From positions 13,677 through 77,676 of the forward strand of contig JBBTRT010000004.1 in NCBI GenBank assembly GCA_038065055.1: 64,000 nt of DNA. Reading direction: 5' to 3'. This document shows positions 1 through 11,571 of this stretch, piece after piece (position 1 is the first letter of the stretch; each line of letters begins with the position of its first letter). The stretch is from Patescibacteria group bacterium (lineage in GTDB: Bacteria; Patescibacteriota; Microgenomatia; UBA1400; CG1-02-47-37). The position numbers and the translations under genes were made by a program. The notes below the pieces were generated by a model. It saw only the letters and a program-made list of their open reading frames with translations. It was not told the DNA's origin and did no database searches.

Positions 1-2
1 TC

Positions 3-1097
3 AGCGCTTACTGGTTTTTGCCCAAAGCCCGCGTGGTCATTTATATGGAGCCAAAAACCATTTCTGAAACTATTAATCTGACCATCGATTCCAAAACCAG
101 CACTATGGACGTGGAGTCCGCTATTATTCCCGGCGAAATTGTAAACATTAGTGTTGAAGGTGAAAAATCTACTCCCACTACCGGCACCAATACTATCGGC
201 GATCCGGCCCAGGGCGATATTTTCATTTATAACAAAACCGCTCAAACCAAAGTCTTCCCCAAAGACACAGTTTTAATCGGCCCGGATAATTTAACCTTTG
301 TTTTAGACGAAGAAACTACGGTTGCTTCCCGGTCTTCATCAGTCGATGAAAATGAAAACACGGTTATTTCTCCCGGTAAAGCTGATGCTAAAATTACCGC
401 CAAAAGCATTGGCCCAGAAGGCAATTTAAGCTCCGGCAGCAAATTGGCCTTTAAACAATTTTCCGAAGACGATTATTATGCCAAAACCAGCGGCCTGTCC
501 GGCGGCACTGCCCGGGAAGTCAAAGCCGTGGCTGCCAGCGACCAAACCGAACTTTTAGCCGCTTTAACTCAAGAATTGCAACAGCGGGCCGCCACCGAGT
601 TAAGCGCTCAGCTTGGCGCTGATAAAGCTTTAGTGGAACTTGATTCTGCCGACCAAAATATTACCAAAAATTACAATCATAAAGTCGGCGAAGAAGCTGA
701 CAACTTAAAATTAACCGCCAAATTGGCATACAACGCTTTGTCTTACAACCAAGCCGACCTTAACCGTCTCTTATCTGAATTCATTAAATCTAAAATCCCG
801 GACAATTTTACTTTGGGTTCTGGTCTTGATCCTAAAATTGCTCCCGCCACTCTCAGGTCCAACGGCCAAGCTGATCTTGACATTAGTCTTCAGGCTGCCT
901 TAGTGCCCAAAATTGATTTTGACCTGATCAAGAAAAACCTTAAAGGCCGTTATCCCACCTTGGTTAATGCTTATTTAGCGACTTTACCCAGTTTTATCCG
1001 GGCTGAAATTACCATTACTCCCAACTTGCCGGAAAAACTTAAAACTCTGCCTCATTCTATTAAAAATATTTTTATCGAAATTAAAACTGCTCCTTAA
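3..1097 (+). CDS. Baseplate J/gp47-like domain membrane protein (CPR type), 5' truncated by window edge
   Basis: Frame open back to the window start (SAYWFLPKARV). Motifs TGTNTIGDPAQGDIFIYN, ITAKSIGPEGNL and GLSGGTAREV resemble CPR baseplate-J-like proteins. Confidence 0.6.
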   Translation, partial: SAYWFLPKARVVIYMEPKTISETINLTIDSKTSTMDVESAIIPGEIVNISVEGEKSTPTTGTNTIGDPAQGDIFIYNKTAQTKVFPKDTVLIGPDNLTFVLDEETTVASRSSSVDENENTVISPGKADAKITAKSIGPEGNLSSGSKLAFKQFSEDDYYAKTSGLSGGTAREVKAVAASDQTELLAALTQELQQRAATELSAQLGADKALVELDSADQNITKNYNHKVGEEADNLKLTAKLAYNALSYNQADLNRLLSEFIKSKIPDNFTLGSGLDPKIAPATLRSNGQADLDISLQAALVPKIDFDLIKKNLKGRYPTLVNAYLATLPSFIRAEITITPNLPEKLKTLPHSIKNIFIEIKTAP

Positions 1098-1895
1098 ATG
1101 GCCCATGTTTATTACAAATCTCCGCCCTTGGATCCCAGCGTGATCAACCGCCGATTGCTTCTGTCCCGTATTTTTAGCCGGTTTTCCAAGTTATTGCCCA
1201 CGATCATGATTACTGTTGGCGCTTCTTTAATTATTTCGGTTGGCTATCCGATTGTCAGCTTTGAACTGGGTTCCGGCCGCAACAGCCAGCGGTCCAAAGT
1301 GCTTTCTCCCGTACCTCAATCAGCGGTCTCACAGGCCAAAGGTCTCTTAAGCCCAGTTGACCCCATGAAACCGCAAGTCTTGGCCAATGCTCCTACCGTC
1401 GGCAACTCTTCAGTTGACTACAGCCAGGTTAATAATTGGTTTAATTTCTCTCAACCGCAAACATTACTCAGTCCTTCAAATACCACTCACTATACAATTA
1501 CTATTCCCAAACTTCGCATCAATGAAGCCTTGGTAACGATTGGGGGCAGCGATTTGGATTCCAGCCTGATCCATTATGGCGGCACTGCCAATCCCGGCGA
1601 AGTCGGCAATCCGGTTATTTTCGGCCACTCGATTCTGCCTCAATTTTATAACCCCAAAAACTACCGCTCGATTTTTTCCTTAATTCCCACTTTAAAACCC
1701 GGCGATGAAATTATAGTAGGCTATGACGGCATTACCTACAAATATGTTGTTTATGATTATTTTGAAGTTCTGCCTGAAGAAATCGATATTTTGGAACAAC
1801 GTTATAACCAAAAAGATTTAACCCTGGTAACCTGCGTTCCGCCCGGAACTTATTGGCGCCGCGGCCTCGTTAAAGCCCGTCTAGTCGAACTATGA
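1098..1895 (+). CDS. Sortase (class E/D-like)
   Basis: N-terminal TM; TITIPKL, HYGGTANPGEVGNPVIFGHS, catalytic TLVTC and downstream R. Confidence 0.92.
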   Translation: MAHVYYKSPPLDPSVINRRLLLSRIFSRFSKLLPTIMITVGASLIISVGYPIVSFELGSGRNSQRSKVLSPVPQSAVSQAKGLLSPVDPMKPQVLANAPTVGNSSVDYSQVNNWFNFSQPQTLLSPSNTTHYTITIPKLRINEALVTIGGSDLDSSLIHYGGTANPGEVGNPVIFGHSILPQFYNPKNYRSIFSLIPTLKPGDEIIVGYDGITYKYVVYDYFEVLPEEIDILEQRYNQKDLTLVTCVPPGTYWRRGLVKARLVEL

Positions 1896-2281
1896 AGTAT
1901 CTTGGAATCGATTTTGGTTTAGTCCATCTTGGGCTGGCTTTTGCCGATGGCCCTTTAGCCGAAACCTTAACCGAAAAAACCTACCGCACCGAAACCGAGG
2001 CCTTAGCTTTTTTAACGAGGATCTGCGAGGAGCAGGAGATTGAAGCTTTAGTTTTCGGTTTGCCCGAAGGCAAGCTGGCTTTAACTATCAAATCTTTTGT
2101 TCAAAAACTAACCAACATGGTTCATTTGCCGGTTTATTTTCAGGATGAAACCTTAAGTACGCTTGAGGCCAAGCAAAAAATGTTTAGCGCCGGAGTTCCT
2201 CAAGCCAAACGCCGCCACGACCACGTTGCCGCCGCCGCCTTGATTTTGCAGGATTATCTTGATACTATTAATCATGTTTAA
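1892..2281 (+). CDS. ruvX: RuvX/YqgF pre-16S rRNA nuclease
   Basis: YLGIDFG, VFGLP, QDETLST, AAALILQDYL motifs. Confidence 0.9.
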   Translation: MKYLGIDFGLVHLGLAFADGPLAETLTEKTYRTETEALAFLTRICEEQEIEALVFGLPEGKLALTIKSFVQKLTNMVHLPVYFQDETLSTLEAKQKMFSAGVPQAKRRHDHVAAAALILQDYLDTINHV

Positions 2282-2474
2282 AAATGTGATTGCTCCGGTC
2301 CAAGCTTGGTTAATGTCCCGCGGTCAATGTGTCGGTTGCGGCATGCCCTTAACCAAAGCCAAGCATGTTGCCAATTCTGACGCTACCCAAAAAGTTACCT
2401 GCAAATGCGGCCGTATTTATATGTATGACTCGAAAACCGGCAAATACCGCCGCGCGCTATTTGAAGAAGTTTAG
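2274..2474 (+). CDS. Small zinc-ribbon hypothetical protein (66 aa)
   Basis: ATG at 2274; CVGC...CKC motifs; overlaps ruvX stop and ends 4 nt before mltG. Confidence 0.7.
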   Translation: MFKNVIAPVQAWLMSRGQCVGCGMPLTKAKHVANSDATQKVTCKCGRIYMYDSKTGKYRRALFEEV

Positions 2475-2478
2475 TTTG

Positions 2479-3387
2479 ATGAAGCGGCTGGTGCTTTTAT
2501 TTACCCTTGGGTTTTTTGTCTTTTTTCTTTACCGTTGGTCTGTCAGCCCGGTTTCCCGGAATACTACCCCGCAAACTTTTACGATTCCCAGTGGCCAATC
2601 TGCCACTGCGATTGCCGCCCGCCTTAAACAGGCCGGTTTAATCAAAAGCCGGACAATGTTTAAATTATTGGTTGACCGCCAGGATTTAACTGCTAAATTG
2701 CAGGCCGGCGATTTTCAGTTAAGCCCTTCCATGGACCTAACCATGATTATTAAGTCTCTAACCCATGGCAGCCAGGATTATTGGGTCACTTTTCCTGAAG
2801 GACTTAGGGTGGAGGAGTATGCTGAAAAATTAGCCGCCAAATCTTCGATTAATGCGGCCGACTTTATTCTGGCCGCCAAACCCAGCGAAGGCCGGCTTTT
2901 CCCGGACACTTATTTAATTCCCCAAACTGCTTCAGTAACTGACATTGTCACCCTTTTAACCGGCACTTTTGCCCAAAAAAGCCCGACTCAGGACAAAACC
3001 GCCATTATTATTGCCTCCTTGATTGAGCGCGAAGCCAAGCACGAAGCTGACCGCGCCATAGTCAGCAGCGTTTTACACAATCGCTTAAATCTTGGCATGG
3101 CCTTGCAAATCGACGCCACCGTCCAATATATTATTGGCAAACCTGCTAATTGGTGGCCCAACAACTTAACCAGGGATCAATTGCAAACCGCTTCGCCGTT
3201 TAATACTTATCTAAATCCTGGTCTGCCGCCCCAGCCAATTGCCAATCCTGGCCTATCTTCGCTTCAGGCCGCCTTAAACCCAGCCAGCACCGACTATCTT
3301 TATTATGTTTCCGATTCTGGCGGGGTTAATCACTATGCCGCCACTCTGGAAGAGCACAATGCTAACATTGACCAATATCTAAAATAG
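2479..3387 (+). CDS. mltG: Endolytic transglycosylase MltG
   Basis: Start reassigned to ATG 2479; TM, TFPEG, EGRLFPDTY, IASLIERE, LQIDATVQY, SPFNTY motifs. Confidence 0.93.
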   Translation: MKRLVLLFTLGFFVFFLYRWSVSPVSRNTTPQTFTIPSGQSATAIAARLKQAGLIKSRTMFKLLVDRQDLTAKLQAGDFQLSPSMDLTMIIKSLTHGSQDYWVTFPEGLRVEEYAEKLAAKSSINAADFILAAKPSEGRLFPDTYLIPQTASVTDIVTLLTGTFAQKSPTQDKTAIIIASLIEREAKHEADRAIVSSVLHNRLNLGMALQIDATVQYIIGKPANWWPNNLTRDQLQTASPFNTYLNPGLPPQPIANPGLSSLQAALNPASTDYLYYVSDSGGVNHYAATLEEHNANIDQYLK

Positions 3388-3645
3388 CTAGCGGTAAATT
3401 TGATGCGTGCCGACCGAGTGAAACCAGATAATCTTTTCACTCTTAAACTCAAAAATTATTCGGTGTTGATAATCCACCGAAAAACTCCAAAATTCTTGCA
3501 ACTTACCGGTTAGTTTATGAGTTTTAAGCCTGGGATCAAAAGGGTTTTCCCGGAAGATCTTTTCTTTCTTTTCCGCCTGCCGTTTAATTTTCCCAGGTAA
3601 TTTTTTATATTCTTTGGCAAATTTGCCGGAATAATAAAGTTTCAT
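3388..3645 (-). CDS. Type II toxin, RelE/YafQ-like mRNA interferase
   Basis: ATG 3645 coupled (TAATG) to antitoxin stop; LKTHKLTGKL, SFSVDYQHRIIF, VGTHQIY. Confidence 0.85.
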   Translation of the reverse strand: MKLYYSGKFAKEYKKLPGKIKRQAEKKEKIFRENPFDPRLKTHKLTGKLQEFWSFSVDYQHRIIFEFKSEKIIWFHSVGTHQIYR

Positions 3646-3866
3646 TACCCGTAACGCAAATCTTTTAAAGATTTCAACAGTTTCCCCTTGCCTTTGGTAA
3701 GTTCTTTTTGGCTGGTTTTTAAGCTGCCCAGTAAGCGATTTTCCATCCAATTGCGCAGCAAATCCCGGAAAAACTCGCTTTTACTGGCATAATTACCGGA
3801 ATCCACTGCCGAATCAACAACTAAAGCTAATTCTTGTGGTAAAGACAAATTTAAGATAGTTCTCAT
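3645..3866 (-). CDS. Ribbon-helix-helix (CopG/ParD-like) antitoxin
   Basis: ILNLSLP...YASKSEFFRDLLR RHH pattern upstream of toxin. Confidence 0.85.
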   Translation of the reverse strand: MRTILNLSLPQELALVVDSAVDSGNYASKSEFFRDLLRNWMENRLLGSLKTSQKELTKGKGKLLKSLKDLRYG

Positions 3867-3870
3867 ATTT

Positions 3871-3917
3871 TGTAATACAATTTATTACATTATCTATCAT
3901 TATTTTTCTTTCGTCAA
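3871..3917 (-). promoter_or_regulatory. TA promoter with operator palindrome
   Basis: Minus strand TTGACG-17-GATAAT; inverted repeat TGTAATA-CAATT-TATTACA at 3871-3889. Confidence 0.6.
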
Positions 3918-3936
3918 GCCCCTTGAAATTCCCCCC

Positions 3937-3964
3937 TTGACATCTCTAATCAATTTGGTATTAT
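3937..3964 (+). promoter_or_regulatory. sigma70 promoter of rpoBC
   Basis: TTGACA-16-TATTAT with TG extension. Confidence 0.6.
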
Positions 3965-4063
3965 TACCCGTATATAGCCTGTTAGTTTCAGGCTAGGTTT
4001 TATTCGTCCAATTTCTGATGATTAATCATTCTTTTCTCATTGACAATTAATTTTAAAAGTAGC

Positions 4064-4090
4064 AAAACGGGTTATTTAAGCCCGTTTTTT
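4064..4090 (+). terminator. Terminator-like hairpin in rpoB leader
   Basis: AAAACGGGTT-ATTTA-AGCCCGTTTTTT, 12 nt before the rpoB ATG. Confidence 0.5.
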
Positions 4091-4102
4091 ATGTTTTGAC
4101 TC

Positions 4103-7100
4103 ATGAATAAATTGCCTTCGAAAAATCGTCTTTACTGGTCAGCCAAAACTAAAAATCTGCCGCCGTTGGATTTATTGGTGATTCAAACCGAATCCTATGA
4201 CTGGTTTTTAAATCAGGGAATTAGTGAGGCTTTAAAAAGCATTTCTCCCATCAGTGATTTTACCGGGAAAAACTGGCAGCTGGAATTTGGCGAACATTCC
4301 ATCGGCAAGCCCAAATATTCTCATCTGGAAGCCGCCCGGAAAGGCTTGACTTACGAAGTGCCTTTGCGGGTCAAAGCCAAATTAACCAACCTGCAAACCG
4401 GCGAAGTCACCAAGCAGGAAGTCTTCATGGGCGATATTCCCCAGATGACCAGCGTCGGCACGTTTATTATCAATGGGATTGAACGAGCCGTGGTCAACCA
4501 ATTGGTCCGCTCTCCGGGTGTTTTCTTTTCCGGTTTAGTGGATATGTCTACCGGCCGCAATCTATATCAGGCGGAACTTCGGCCTTTGCGTGGTTCCTGG
4601 CTGGAAGTTAACGCTTCCCGCTACAACACCTTAACCGTTAAAATCGACCGTCACCGTAAATTGCCGGCCACTACTTTGCTCCGTGCCATTCAGCCCTACA
4701 CCGACGAAGAATTAATAAAGGTTTTTGCTTCTGTCGACACCGACCAAAAACATCCTTATCTTTTTAGCACCCTGGAAAAAGATTCTGCTAAAACTCACGA
4801 AGAAGCTTTAATTGAAATTTATCAGAAAATGCGGCCCGGTGAACCGGCCGTCTTGGAAAACGCCCGGGAACTTTTGCATCGGATGTTTTTTGACCCCCGC
4901 CGCTATGACTTAGGCGAAGTCGGCCGCTATAAAATGAATCGCCGCCTTGGTCTAAAAGTTGATCCCAAAACTACAGTTTTAACCCCTGAAGATATTGTGG
5001 CCACCATTAAATATGTGATTGTTTTACAGAATAAAGTCGGTAAAGTTGATGATATTGATAGTTTATCCAACCGCCGCGTTCGCCGCGTTGGCGAGTTGGT
5101 TGCCTCAACTGCTTTTCGCTTAGGCTTATTGCGGTTGGAGCGCTCGATTAGAGAAAAAATGAGCTTGGCCAAGGCCGATGTGGAAATTACTCCTAGTACT
5201 TTAGTTAATCCTCGTCCGGTCATTGCCTCGATTTCTGATTTTTTCCGCCGCAACCGTTTATCCACTATTTTAGATCAAACCAACCCCTTAGCCGAACTGG
5301 ATAATTTGCGCCGTTTATCCGTTATGGGCCCTGGTGGTGTTACCCGCGAACGGGCTTCTTTTTCCATGCGCGACATTAATGCCAGTCAGTACGGCCGGAT
5401 TTGCCCGGTCCGCTCGCCTGAAGGCCCAAATATTGGCCTAGTTACATATCTAGCCCTGTATGCTCGGGTTAACCCATTTGGTTTTTTGGAAACCCCTTAC
5501 CGCAAAGTGGTTGCCGAAACTAAAAATAATCAGACCCGGATGAAAATTTCTGATGAAATTGTTTATATGGCTTCTGACGAAGAAGAAAATCACTATATTA
5601 CCCATGCCGCTATTAATATTACTGAAGATGGCTACTTGGTCGATTCTTGGGTCCCGGCCCGTTACCAGACTGAATTTTTGGAAGTTTCCGCTGACCAAAT
5701 TGAATACATTGACATTGTTGCCCGTCAAGTGGTCGGTTGTTCGGCTTCTCTTATTCCTTTTATTGCTCATGATGAGGCTAATCGTGCTCTCATGGGTACG
5801 CACATGCAGTGTCAGGCAGTGCCCTTAGTTAAGCCCACGGCCCCGATTGTTGGTACGGGAATGGAATCGGTTGTTGCCAAAGCCATGAAACAAATCGCTT
5901 TTGCCCTGACCGATGGCCAAGTCACTTATGTTGATGCCCAAAAAATTGTCATTAAACCCTCGCCGAAAGACCTTAAAATACTCAAAGACAAAAAAGATTT
6001 ACCTGATTATGTGACCATTGAAGCCTCGGAAATTAATTATGAAATCACCAAATTTTATCGCACCACCCAGTCCACTTGTTATTCTCAACGCCCCCTAGTT
6101 TCTCTTGGCGACACTGTTATTGCCGGACAACTGATTATTGATGGCCCAGCCTGTGATCACGGGGAATTATCCCTTGGCCAAAATCTAAAAATCGCCTACA
6201 TGAGCTATGACGGCTTGGGTTATGAAGACGCCATTATTATTTCCGACCGTTTGGTTAAAGAAGACATTTTGACTTCCGTCATGATCAATGAGTATGAAGC
6301 CAAAATCATGGACACCAAGCTTGGCCCGGAAGAATTAACCCGCGATATTCCCAACGTTGGCGAAACCGAGCTAGCTAATCTTGGCGAAGACGGCATTGTG
6401 GTTATCGGCAGCCAGGTGGAACCCAACGATATTTTAGTCGGTAAAATCGCCCCCAAAGGCGAAACTGAGTTAACCGCCGAAGAAAGATTATTGCGCGCTA
6501 TTTTTGGTGAAAAAGCCCGGGAAGTCCGCGATACCTCTTTACGCGTCCCTCATGGCGAAGGCGGTACCGTTATCGAGGTCAAGATTTTTGACCGCGAAAA
6601 AGGCGACGAACTCGACCCCGGCGTCATCAAAAAGGTGGTCATCCAGGTAGCCCAGATGAGAAAAATTGTGGTCGGCGATAAACTTGCCGGCCGCCACGGT
6701 AATAAAGGTGTTATCAGCAAGATTATCCCTGAAGCGGACATGCCTTATTTTGCCGACGGCAGCACTGTCGACATCATCATTTCGCCTTTATCCGTCTTGG
6801 CCCGTATGAATTTAGGCCAGTTATTGGAAGCCCAATTAGGTTGGGCCGCCCAAACTTTAAATCAAACCGTCGGTTTGCCGGTTTTTGAAAAAACCAGCCC
6901 GACTTTAGTTGAAACTGAACTTTCTAAAGCCAAACTCTCGGTTGACGGCAAAGTCCGCCTTTTTGACGGCCGCACCGGTCTGCCTTTTGAACAAAAAACC
7001 GCTGTCGGCGTTGCCTACATCTTAAAATTAATCCACATGGTGGAGGACAAAACTCACGCCCGCTCCACTGGTCCGTATTCCTTAGTCACCCAGCAGCCGT

Positions 7101-7435
7101 TAGGCGGTAAAGCCCAAATGGGCGGCCAGCGCCTTGGGGAAATGGAAGTTTGGGCCCTCGAAGCGCACCGCGCCGCCTACACCCTCCAGGAAATGTTAAC
7201 CATCAAGTCCGACGACGTCGTCGGCCGCGCCAAAGCCTTCGAAGCGATTGTTAAATCCCTGGATATTCCCGAGGCCACTGTCCCGGAATCTTTCCGCGTC
7301 TTGGTCAAAGAATTAAACAGCCTTGGCTTAAACATTATTCCCGGCGGCTCGGTCAGCGATGACTTAAAAGATGACGTCGAAGATGTTTTAGAAGACGAAG
7401 AAAAAGAAGTTAAAGAGGAGCCCAAAGATGAATAA
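4103..7435 (+). CDS. rpoB: RNA polymerase beta subunit
   Basis: [44 protein letters not shown]. Confidence 0.99.
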   Translation: MNKLPSKNRLYWSAKTKNLPPLDLLVIQTESYDWFLNQGISEALKSISPISDFTGKNWQLEFGEHSIGKPKYSHLEAARKGLTYEVPLRVKAKLTNLQTGEVTKQEVFMGDIPQMTSVGTFIINGIERAVVNQLVRSPGVFFSGLVDMSTGRNLYQAELRPLRGSWLEVNASRYNTLTVKIDRHRKLPATTLLRAIQPYTDEELIKVFASVDTDQKHPYLFSTLEKDSAKTHEEALIEIYQKMRPGEPAVLENARELLHRMFFDPRRYDLGEVGRYKMNRRLGLKVDPKTTVLTPEDIVATIKYVIVLQNKVGKVDDIDSLSNRRVRRVGELVASTAFRLGLLRLERSIREKMSLAKADVEITPSTLVNPRPVIASISDFFRRNRLSTILDQTNPLAELDNLRRLSVMGPGGVTRERASFSMRDINASQYGRICPVRSPEGPNIGLVTYLALYARVNPFGFLETPYRKVVAETKNNQTRMKISDEIVYMASDEEENHYITHAAINITEDGYLVDSWVPARYQTEFLEVSADQIEYIDIVARQVVGCSASLIPFIAHDEANRALMGTHMQCQAVPLVKPTAPIVGTGMESVVAKAMKQIAFALTDGQVTYVDAQKIVIKPSPKDLKILKDKKDLPDYVTIEASEINYEITKFYRTTQSTCYSQRPLVSLGDTVIAGQLIIDGPACDHGELSLGQNLKIAYMSYDGLGYEDAIIISDRLVKEDILTSVMINEYEAKIMDTKLGPEELTRDIPNVGETELANLGEDGIVVIGSQVEPNDILVGKIAPKGETELTAEERLLRAIFGEKAREVRDTSLRVPHGEGGTVIEVKIFDREKGDELDPGVIKKVVIQVAQMRKIVVGDKLAGRHGNKGVISKIIPEADMPYFADGSTVDIIISPLSVLARMNLGQLLEAQLGWAAQTLNQTVGLPVFEKTSPTLVETELSKAKLSVDGKVRLFDGRTGLPFEQKTAVGVAYILKLIHMVEDKTHARSTGPYSLVTQQPLGGKAQMGGQRLGEMEVWALEAHRAAYTLQEMLTIKSDDVVGRAKAFEAIVKSLDIPEATVPESFRVLVKELNSLGLNIIPGGSVSDDLKDDVEDVLEDEEKEVKEEPKDE

Positions 7436-10400
7436 GTTAACCGACTTTTTAACCCTGCAAATTAAATTGGCTTCGCCCGAGGTCATCAAATCCTGGTCCC
7501 ACGGCGAAGTTTTAAAGCCGGAAACCATCAACTATCGCACCTTAAAGCCGGAAAAAGACGGTTTATTTTGCGAGCGCATTTTCGGCCCGACCAAAGATTG
7601 GGAATGTTACTGCGGCAAGTATAAGCGAATCCGTTACCGCGGTATTATCTGTGATAAATGCGGCGTTGAAGTCACTCAAAGCCGCGTCCGTCGCGAACGC
7701 ATGGGCCATATTAACTTGGCTTGTCCGGTCGCCCACATTTGGTTTTTCAAAGGCAGCCCGTCTCATCTATCTCTCTTATTGGGCATCTCTCCCCGCAATT
7801 TGTCCGGTATCATCTATTTTTCCAAATATTTAGTGATCGACGTTGATAATCAGGTTAAAAAGACTATTTACCAGGATTTGGATAAGCAATTTGATGTCAA
7901 AATTAAAGAACTTGAAGTTAAATTCAAACAGGAAATCGACGATGCTAAAAAAACCGGTCAGGCTGATGTCGTTGCCATCAAAGCTAAACTTAAAGCCAAA
8001 GAACAGGCCGAAATGGCTACCGAAGAGGCCAACCTTAAGACTAAACGGATCATCTCCAATCTTCAGGAAGCTTTGCTTTCCGAAAAAGAAACCGTTAAAG
8101 AGATTTTCAGTACGGTTAAAGATTTAGTTAAAAAAACCAAACCGTTTACGGTTTTATCTGAAGAAGAATACTTAAAATTAGTTGATTACGATGCCACTGA
8201 TTTTATGACCGTCGGCATGGGCGCCGAAGCGATTTTAGCGGTCATGAAACACCTGGATTTGGATACTCTGATCACCCAGTTCCGTGAAGAAGTCCAAACT
8301 TATTCCGGCCAGCGCCAGATTAAAGCCATCAAATGTCTGCGTATTATTGAAGGTTTCAAAAATGTCGGCATCGACCCGACCTGGATGGTTATTTCCACCT
8401 TGCCGGTTTTACCCCCGGACTTGCGTCCCATGGTCCAATTGTCCGGCGGCCACTTTGCCTCGTCCGACATTAACGACCTTTACCGCCGGGTAATTAACCG
8501 CAACAACCGCTTGAAACACCTCATGAACTTAGGCGCCCCGGAAATTATTTTGCGCAATGAAAAACGCATGCTTCAGGAAGCCGTGGATACGTTAATCGAC
8601 ACTTCCCAGGCCAAAGCCGTCCGCCGCCGCGGCACCAAAGAATTACGTTCTTTAGCGGACATGCTCCGCGGCAAGCAAGGCCGTTTCCGCCAGAACTTGC
8701 TCGGTAAACGCGTCGATTATTCCGGCCGCTCCGTCATTGTTGTTGGCCCGGAACTCAAACTAAACCAGTGCGGCATCCCGAAATTAATGGCCCTGGAAAT
8801 TTTCAAACCTTATGTTTTACGGGAACTCATCAACCGCGGTTTTGCCCCCAACGTTAAATCCGCCAAGCACGTTCTTGAGCGCCGCCCTCCGGAAGTTTTT
8901 GATATCTTGGAAGACATTATCAAAGACCACCCGGTCCTCTTAAACCGCGCTCCCACTTTACACAAGCTCGGTATTCAGGCGTTTTTCCCGATCTTAGTTG
9001 AAGGCAACGCGATTCATTTGCACCCTTGCGTTTGTTCCGGTTATAACGCGGACTTCGACGGCGACCAGATGGCCATTCACGTGCCCTTGTCCAAAGAAGC
9101 CATCAAAGAAGCGATTAATTTCATGATGCCGAACTCCAATCTGTTAAAACCTGCTGACGGTTCGCCGATCACCATCCCGAACAAAGAAATGGCCCTTGGT
9201 GTTTATTATTACACTGCCATTAATCCTGATTTAACTCCCGATACCACCATTTACGGCTCTTCAGCCGAAGCGGTTTTGGCTTATCAGTCCAAGATTATTG
9301 CTTTGCGCCAGCCGATTAAAGTTAAACATAAATCCGCCATTATCGACACCACCATCGGCCGGTTATTATTCAACGAAGTTTTGCCTCCGGCCCTGCCGTT
9401 TATCAACAAAAGCGTTAATTCCGGCGTCATCAAAGCTTTAATCAAGCAGGCCATCAGCGTCTGTACTGAAACTGAGACCGCCAAGTTGATTGACGATATT
9501 AAAGAAATCGGTTTTAGCGGCGCCACTCAGTCCGGTTTATCCGTTTCCGTGGCCGACTGCAAAATTATTCCCGGCAAATCTAAATTAATTGCCGAGGCCA
9601 ATAAAAAAGCCTTGTTAATCGAGAAAAATTACGAAAACGGCCTGATCACCATCGAAGAAAAACGCCGCTTAAGCAACGAGTTGTGGATGGACACCACTGA
9701 CGATATTGCCGAAAAAACCTGGGCCAATTTTGAAGCCGAAAATGCCGTTAAAATCATCATTGATTCCGGCGGTACCCGCGCTTCCAAAGACCAGGTTAAA
9801 CAGCTGGCCGCTATGAGAGGTTTAGTCGTCGACCCGTTAGGTAAAATCGTCGAACTGCCGACCAAATCTAACTTCCGCGAAGGTTTGTCTATTTTCGAAT
9901 ACGTCACCTCTTCCCGCGGTTCCCGCAAGGGTTTGACCGACTCGGCCATCAAAACCGCCGATGCCGGTTATTTGACCCGCCGCTTGGTGGATGTTGCCCA
10001 CGACATGATTATCCGTATGACCGATTGCGCTACCGATAAATATTTGACCATTTCCACCGAAGATAAGCGCAGCCAGTTATTCAGCGTTCGCCTAACCGGT
10101 CGTTATCTGGCTGACAAAGTTATTAATCCTAAAACTAAAAAAGTGCTTGCCAAAAAAGGCGCTCTTATCGACGAGGCATTAGCCAACGATATTGCTAATA
10201 CCAATGTGTCTTTAGTTAAAGTCCGCTCGCCTCTAACCTGCGAAGCCCAGCACGGCCTTTGCGCCACTTGCTATGGTTGGGATTTCTCCACCAAAAAACC
10301 GGTAACCATCGGCGCCCCGGTCGGCGTTATTGCCGCCCAATCCATCGGCGAGCCGGGGACTCAGTTAACCATGCGCGTCAAGCACTTCGGCGGTATCGTG

Positions 10401-11114
10401 GTTTCCGACGTAACCCAGGGTTTGCCCCGGGTTGAAGAAATTTTTGAAGCCCGGAATCCCAAAGTCGCTTCGCCGCTCGCTGAAATTGCCGGCAAAGTCA
10501 GCCTCGAAGAAACCAATCATGGTTACGAAGTCACGGTCACTCCGGTTCATAATGCCGGCGAGGCTAAAACCTATTTGGTGCCTTTGACTTCCAGTCTTAA
10601 AGTTAAAGCCAATCAATTAGTCGGCTCTGGTGAACAGCTGGCCACGGGTTCCTTAAATATCAAAACCTTATTGGCCACCCGCGGTTTAAGCGGCGCCCAG
10701 GAATATCTTATTGACCAGGCTCAGCAAGTTTATGAATCTCAGGGGATTCCGATTCACGACAAACATTTTGAGGTGATTGCCCGCAAAATGTCTGATAAGC
10801 TTAGAATCGAAACCGTCGGCGACACCAGCTTGTTAATCGGCGAATTTATTGAGAAAAACCGCTTTACCGCCGAAAATAATGCCGCCAAAGCCAAAAAAGG
10901 CCAAGCCGCCACCGCCAAGCAGGTAATCCTGGGGATTACCCGGTCTTCCCTGCACACCGAATCCTGGCTTTCTGCCGCTTCGTTCCAGCACACCTCGTCT
11001 GTTTTAACTAACGCGGCCGCCAGCGGTAAAATCGACCACCTTTTAGGCTTAAAAGAAAATGTTATAATTGGCCGTTTGATTCCCACCAGCGAATCCCGCG
11101 CTAAAATGGAATAA
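7428..11114 (+). CDS. rpoC: RNA polymerase beta' subunit
   Basis: Zn finger CYCGKYK...CDKCGV; catalytic NADFDGDQM. Confidence 0.99.
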   Translation: MNKLTDFLTLQIKLASPEVIKSWSHGEVLKPETINYRTLKPEKDGLFCERIFGPTKDWECYCGKYKRIRYRGIICDKCGVEVTQSRVRRERMGHINLACPVAHIWFFKGSPSHLSLLLGISPRNLSGIIYFSKYLVIDVDNQVKKTIYQDLDKQFDVKIKELEVKFKQEIDDAKKTGQADVVAIKAKLKAKEQAEMATEEANLKTKRIISNLQEALLSEKETVKEIFSTVKDLVKKTKPFTVLSEEEYLKLVDYDATDFMTVGMGAEAILAVMKHLDLDTLITQFREEVQTYSGQRQIKAIKCLRIIEGFKNVGIDPTWMVISTLPVLPPDLRPMVQLSGGHFASSDINDLYRRVINRNNRLKHLMNLGAPEIILRNEKRMLQEAVDTLIDTSQAKAVRRRGTKELRSLADMLRGKQGRFRQNLLGKRVDYSGRSVIVVGPELKLNQCGIPKLMALEIFKPYVLRELINRGFAPNVKSAKHVLERRPPEVFDILEDIIKDHPVLLNRAPTLHKLGIQAFFPILVEGNAIHLHPCVCSGYNADFDGDQMAIHVPLSKEAIKEAINFMMPNSNLLKPADGSPITIPNKEMALGVYYYTAINPDLTPDTTIYGSSAEAVLAYQSKIIALRQPIKVKHKSAIIDTTIGRLLFNEVLPPALPFINKSVNSGVIKALIKQAISVCTETETAKLIDDIKEIGFSGATQSGLSVSVADCKIIPGKSKLIAEANKKALLIEKNYENGLITIEEKRRLSNELWMDTTDDIAEKTWANFEAENAVKIIIDSGGTRASKDQVKQLAAMRGLVVDPLGKIVELPTKSNFREGLSIFEYVTSSRGSRKGLTDSAIKTADAGYLTRRLVDVAHDMIIRMTDCATDKYLTISTEDKRSQLFSVRLTGRYLADKVINPKTKKVLAKKGALIDEALANDIANTNVSLVKVRSPLTCEAQHGLCATCYGWDFSTKKPVTIGAPVGVIAAQSIGEPGTQLTMRVKHFGGIVVSDVTQGLPRVEEIFEARNPKVASPLAEIAGKVSLEETNHGYEVTVTPVHNAGEAKTYLVPLTSSLKVKANQLVGSGEQLATGSLNIKTLLATRGLSGAQEYLIDQAQQVYESQGIPIHDKHFEVIARKMSDKLRIETVGDTSLLIGEFIEKNRFTAENNAAKAKKGQAATAKQVILGITRSSLHTESWLSAASFQHTSSVLTNAAASGKIDHLLGLKENVIIGRLIPTSESRAKME

Positions 11115-11119
11115 TTTTT

Positions 11120-11566
11120 ATGCCAACGATCAATCAGCTTATCCGCCATCGCCGTCACTCTAAGCCGAAAAAGATTAAAGTGACTGCGCTCCGTAAAACC
11201 TTTAATTTAAAGGACCGGCGCATGGTGGCGACGGTTAATCCCCAAAAACGCGGCGTCTGCACTCTGGTTAAAACTATGACCCCGAAAAAACCAAACTCAG
11301 CTTTGCGCAAAGTGGCCCGCGTCCGTTTAAGCAACAAGCAGGAAGTAACTGCCTATATTCCCGGTATCGGCCACGATCTTGCTGAACACTCGATTGTTTT
11401 GGTCCGCGGCGGCCGGGTTAAAGATCTGCCTGGCGTTAAATATCATATTATCCGGGGCAAATACGACGCCGCCGGCGTTACCAATCGTATGAGTTCCCGT
11501 TCCAAATACGGTACCAAGCGGTCTGGCGCCACCACTGCGGTCGCTGCTGCGACTGCGACTGCCTAA
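11120..11566 (+). CDS. rpsL: 30S ribosomal protein S12
   Basis: [19 protein letters not shown]. Confidence 0.99.
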   Translation: MPTINQLIRHRRHSKPKKIKVTALRKTFNLKDRRMVATVNPQKRGVCTLVKTMTPKKPNSALRKVARVRLSNKQEVTAYIPGIGHDLAEHSIVLVRGGRVKDLPGVKYHIIRGKYDAAGVTNRMSSRSKYGTKRSGATTAVAAATATA

Positions 11567-11571
11567 AACCT

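Noticed and set aside
11530-11566. Hairpin GCGGTCGC-TGCT-GCGACTGC in the Ala/Thr tail of rpsL as an S7 operator or inserted element
   Set aside because: Low-complexity Ala/Thr codons pair by chance; no second copy seen
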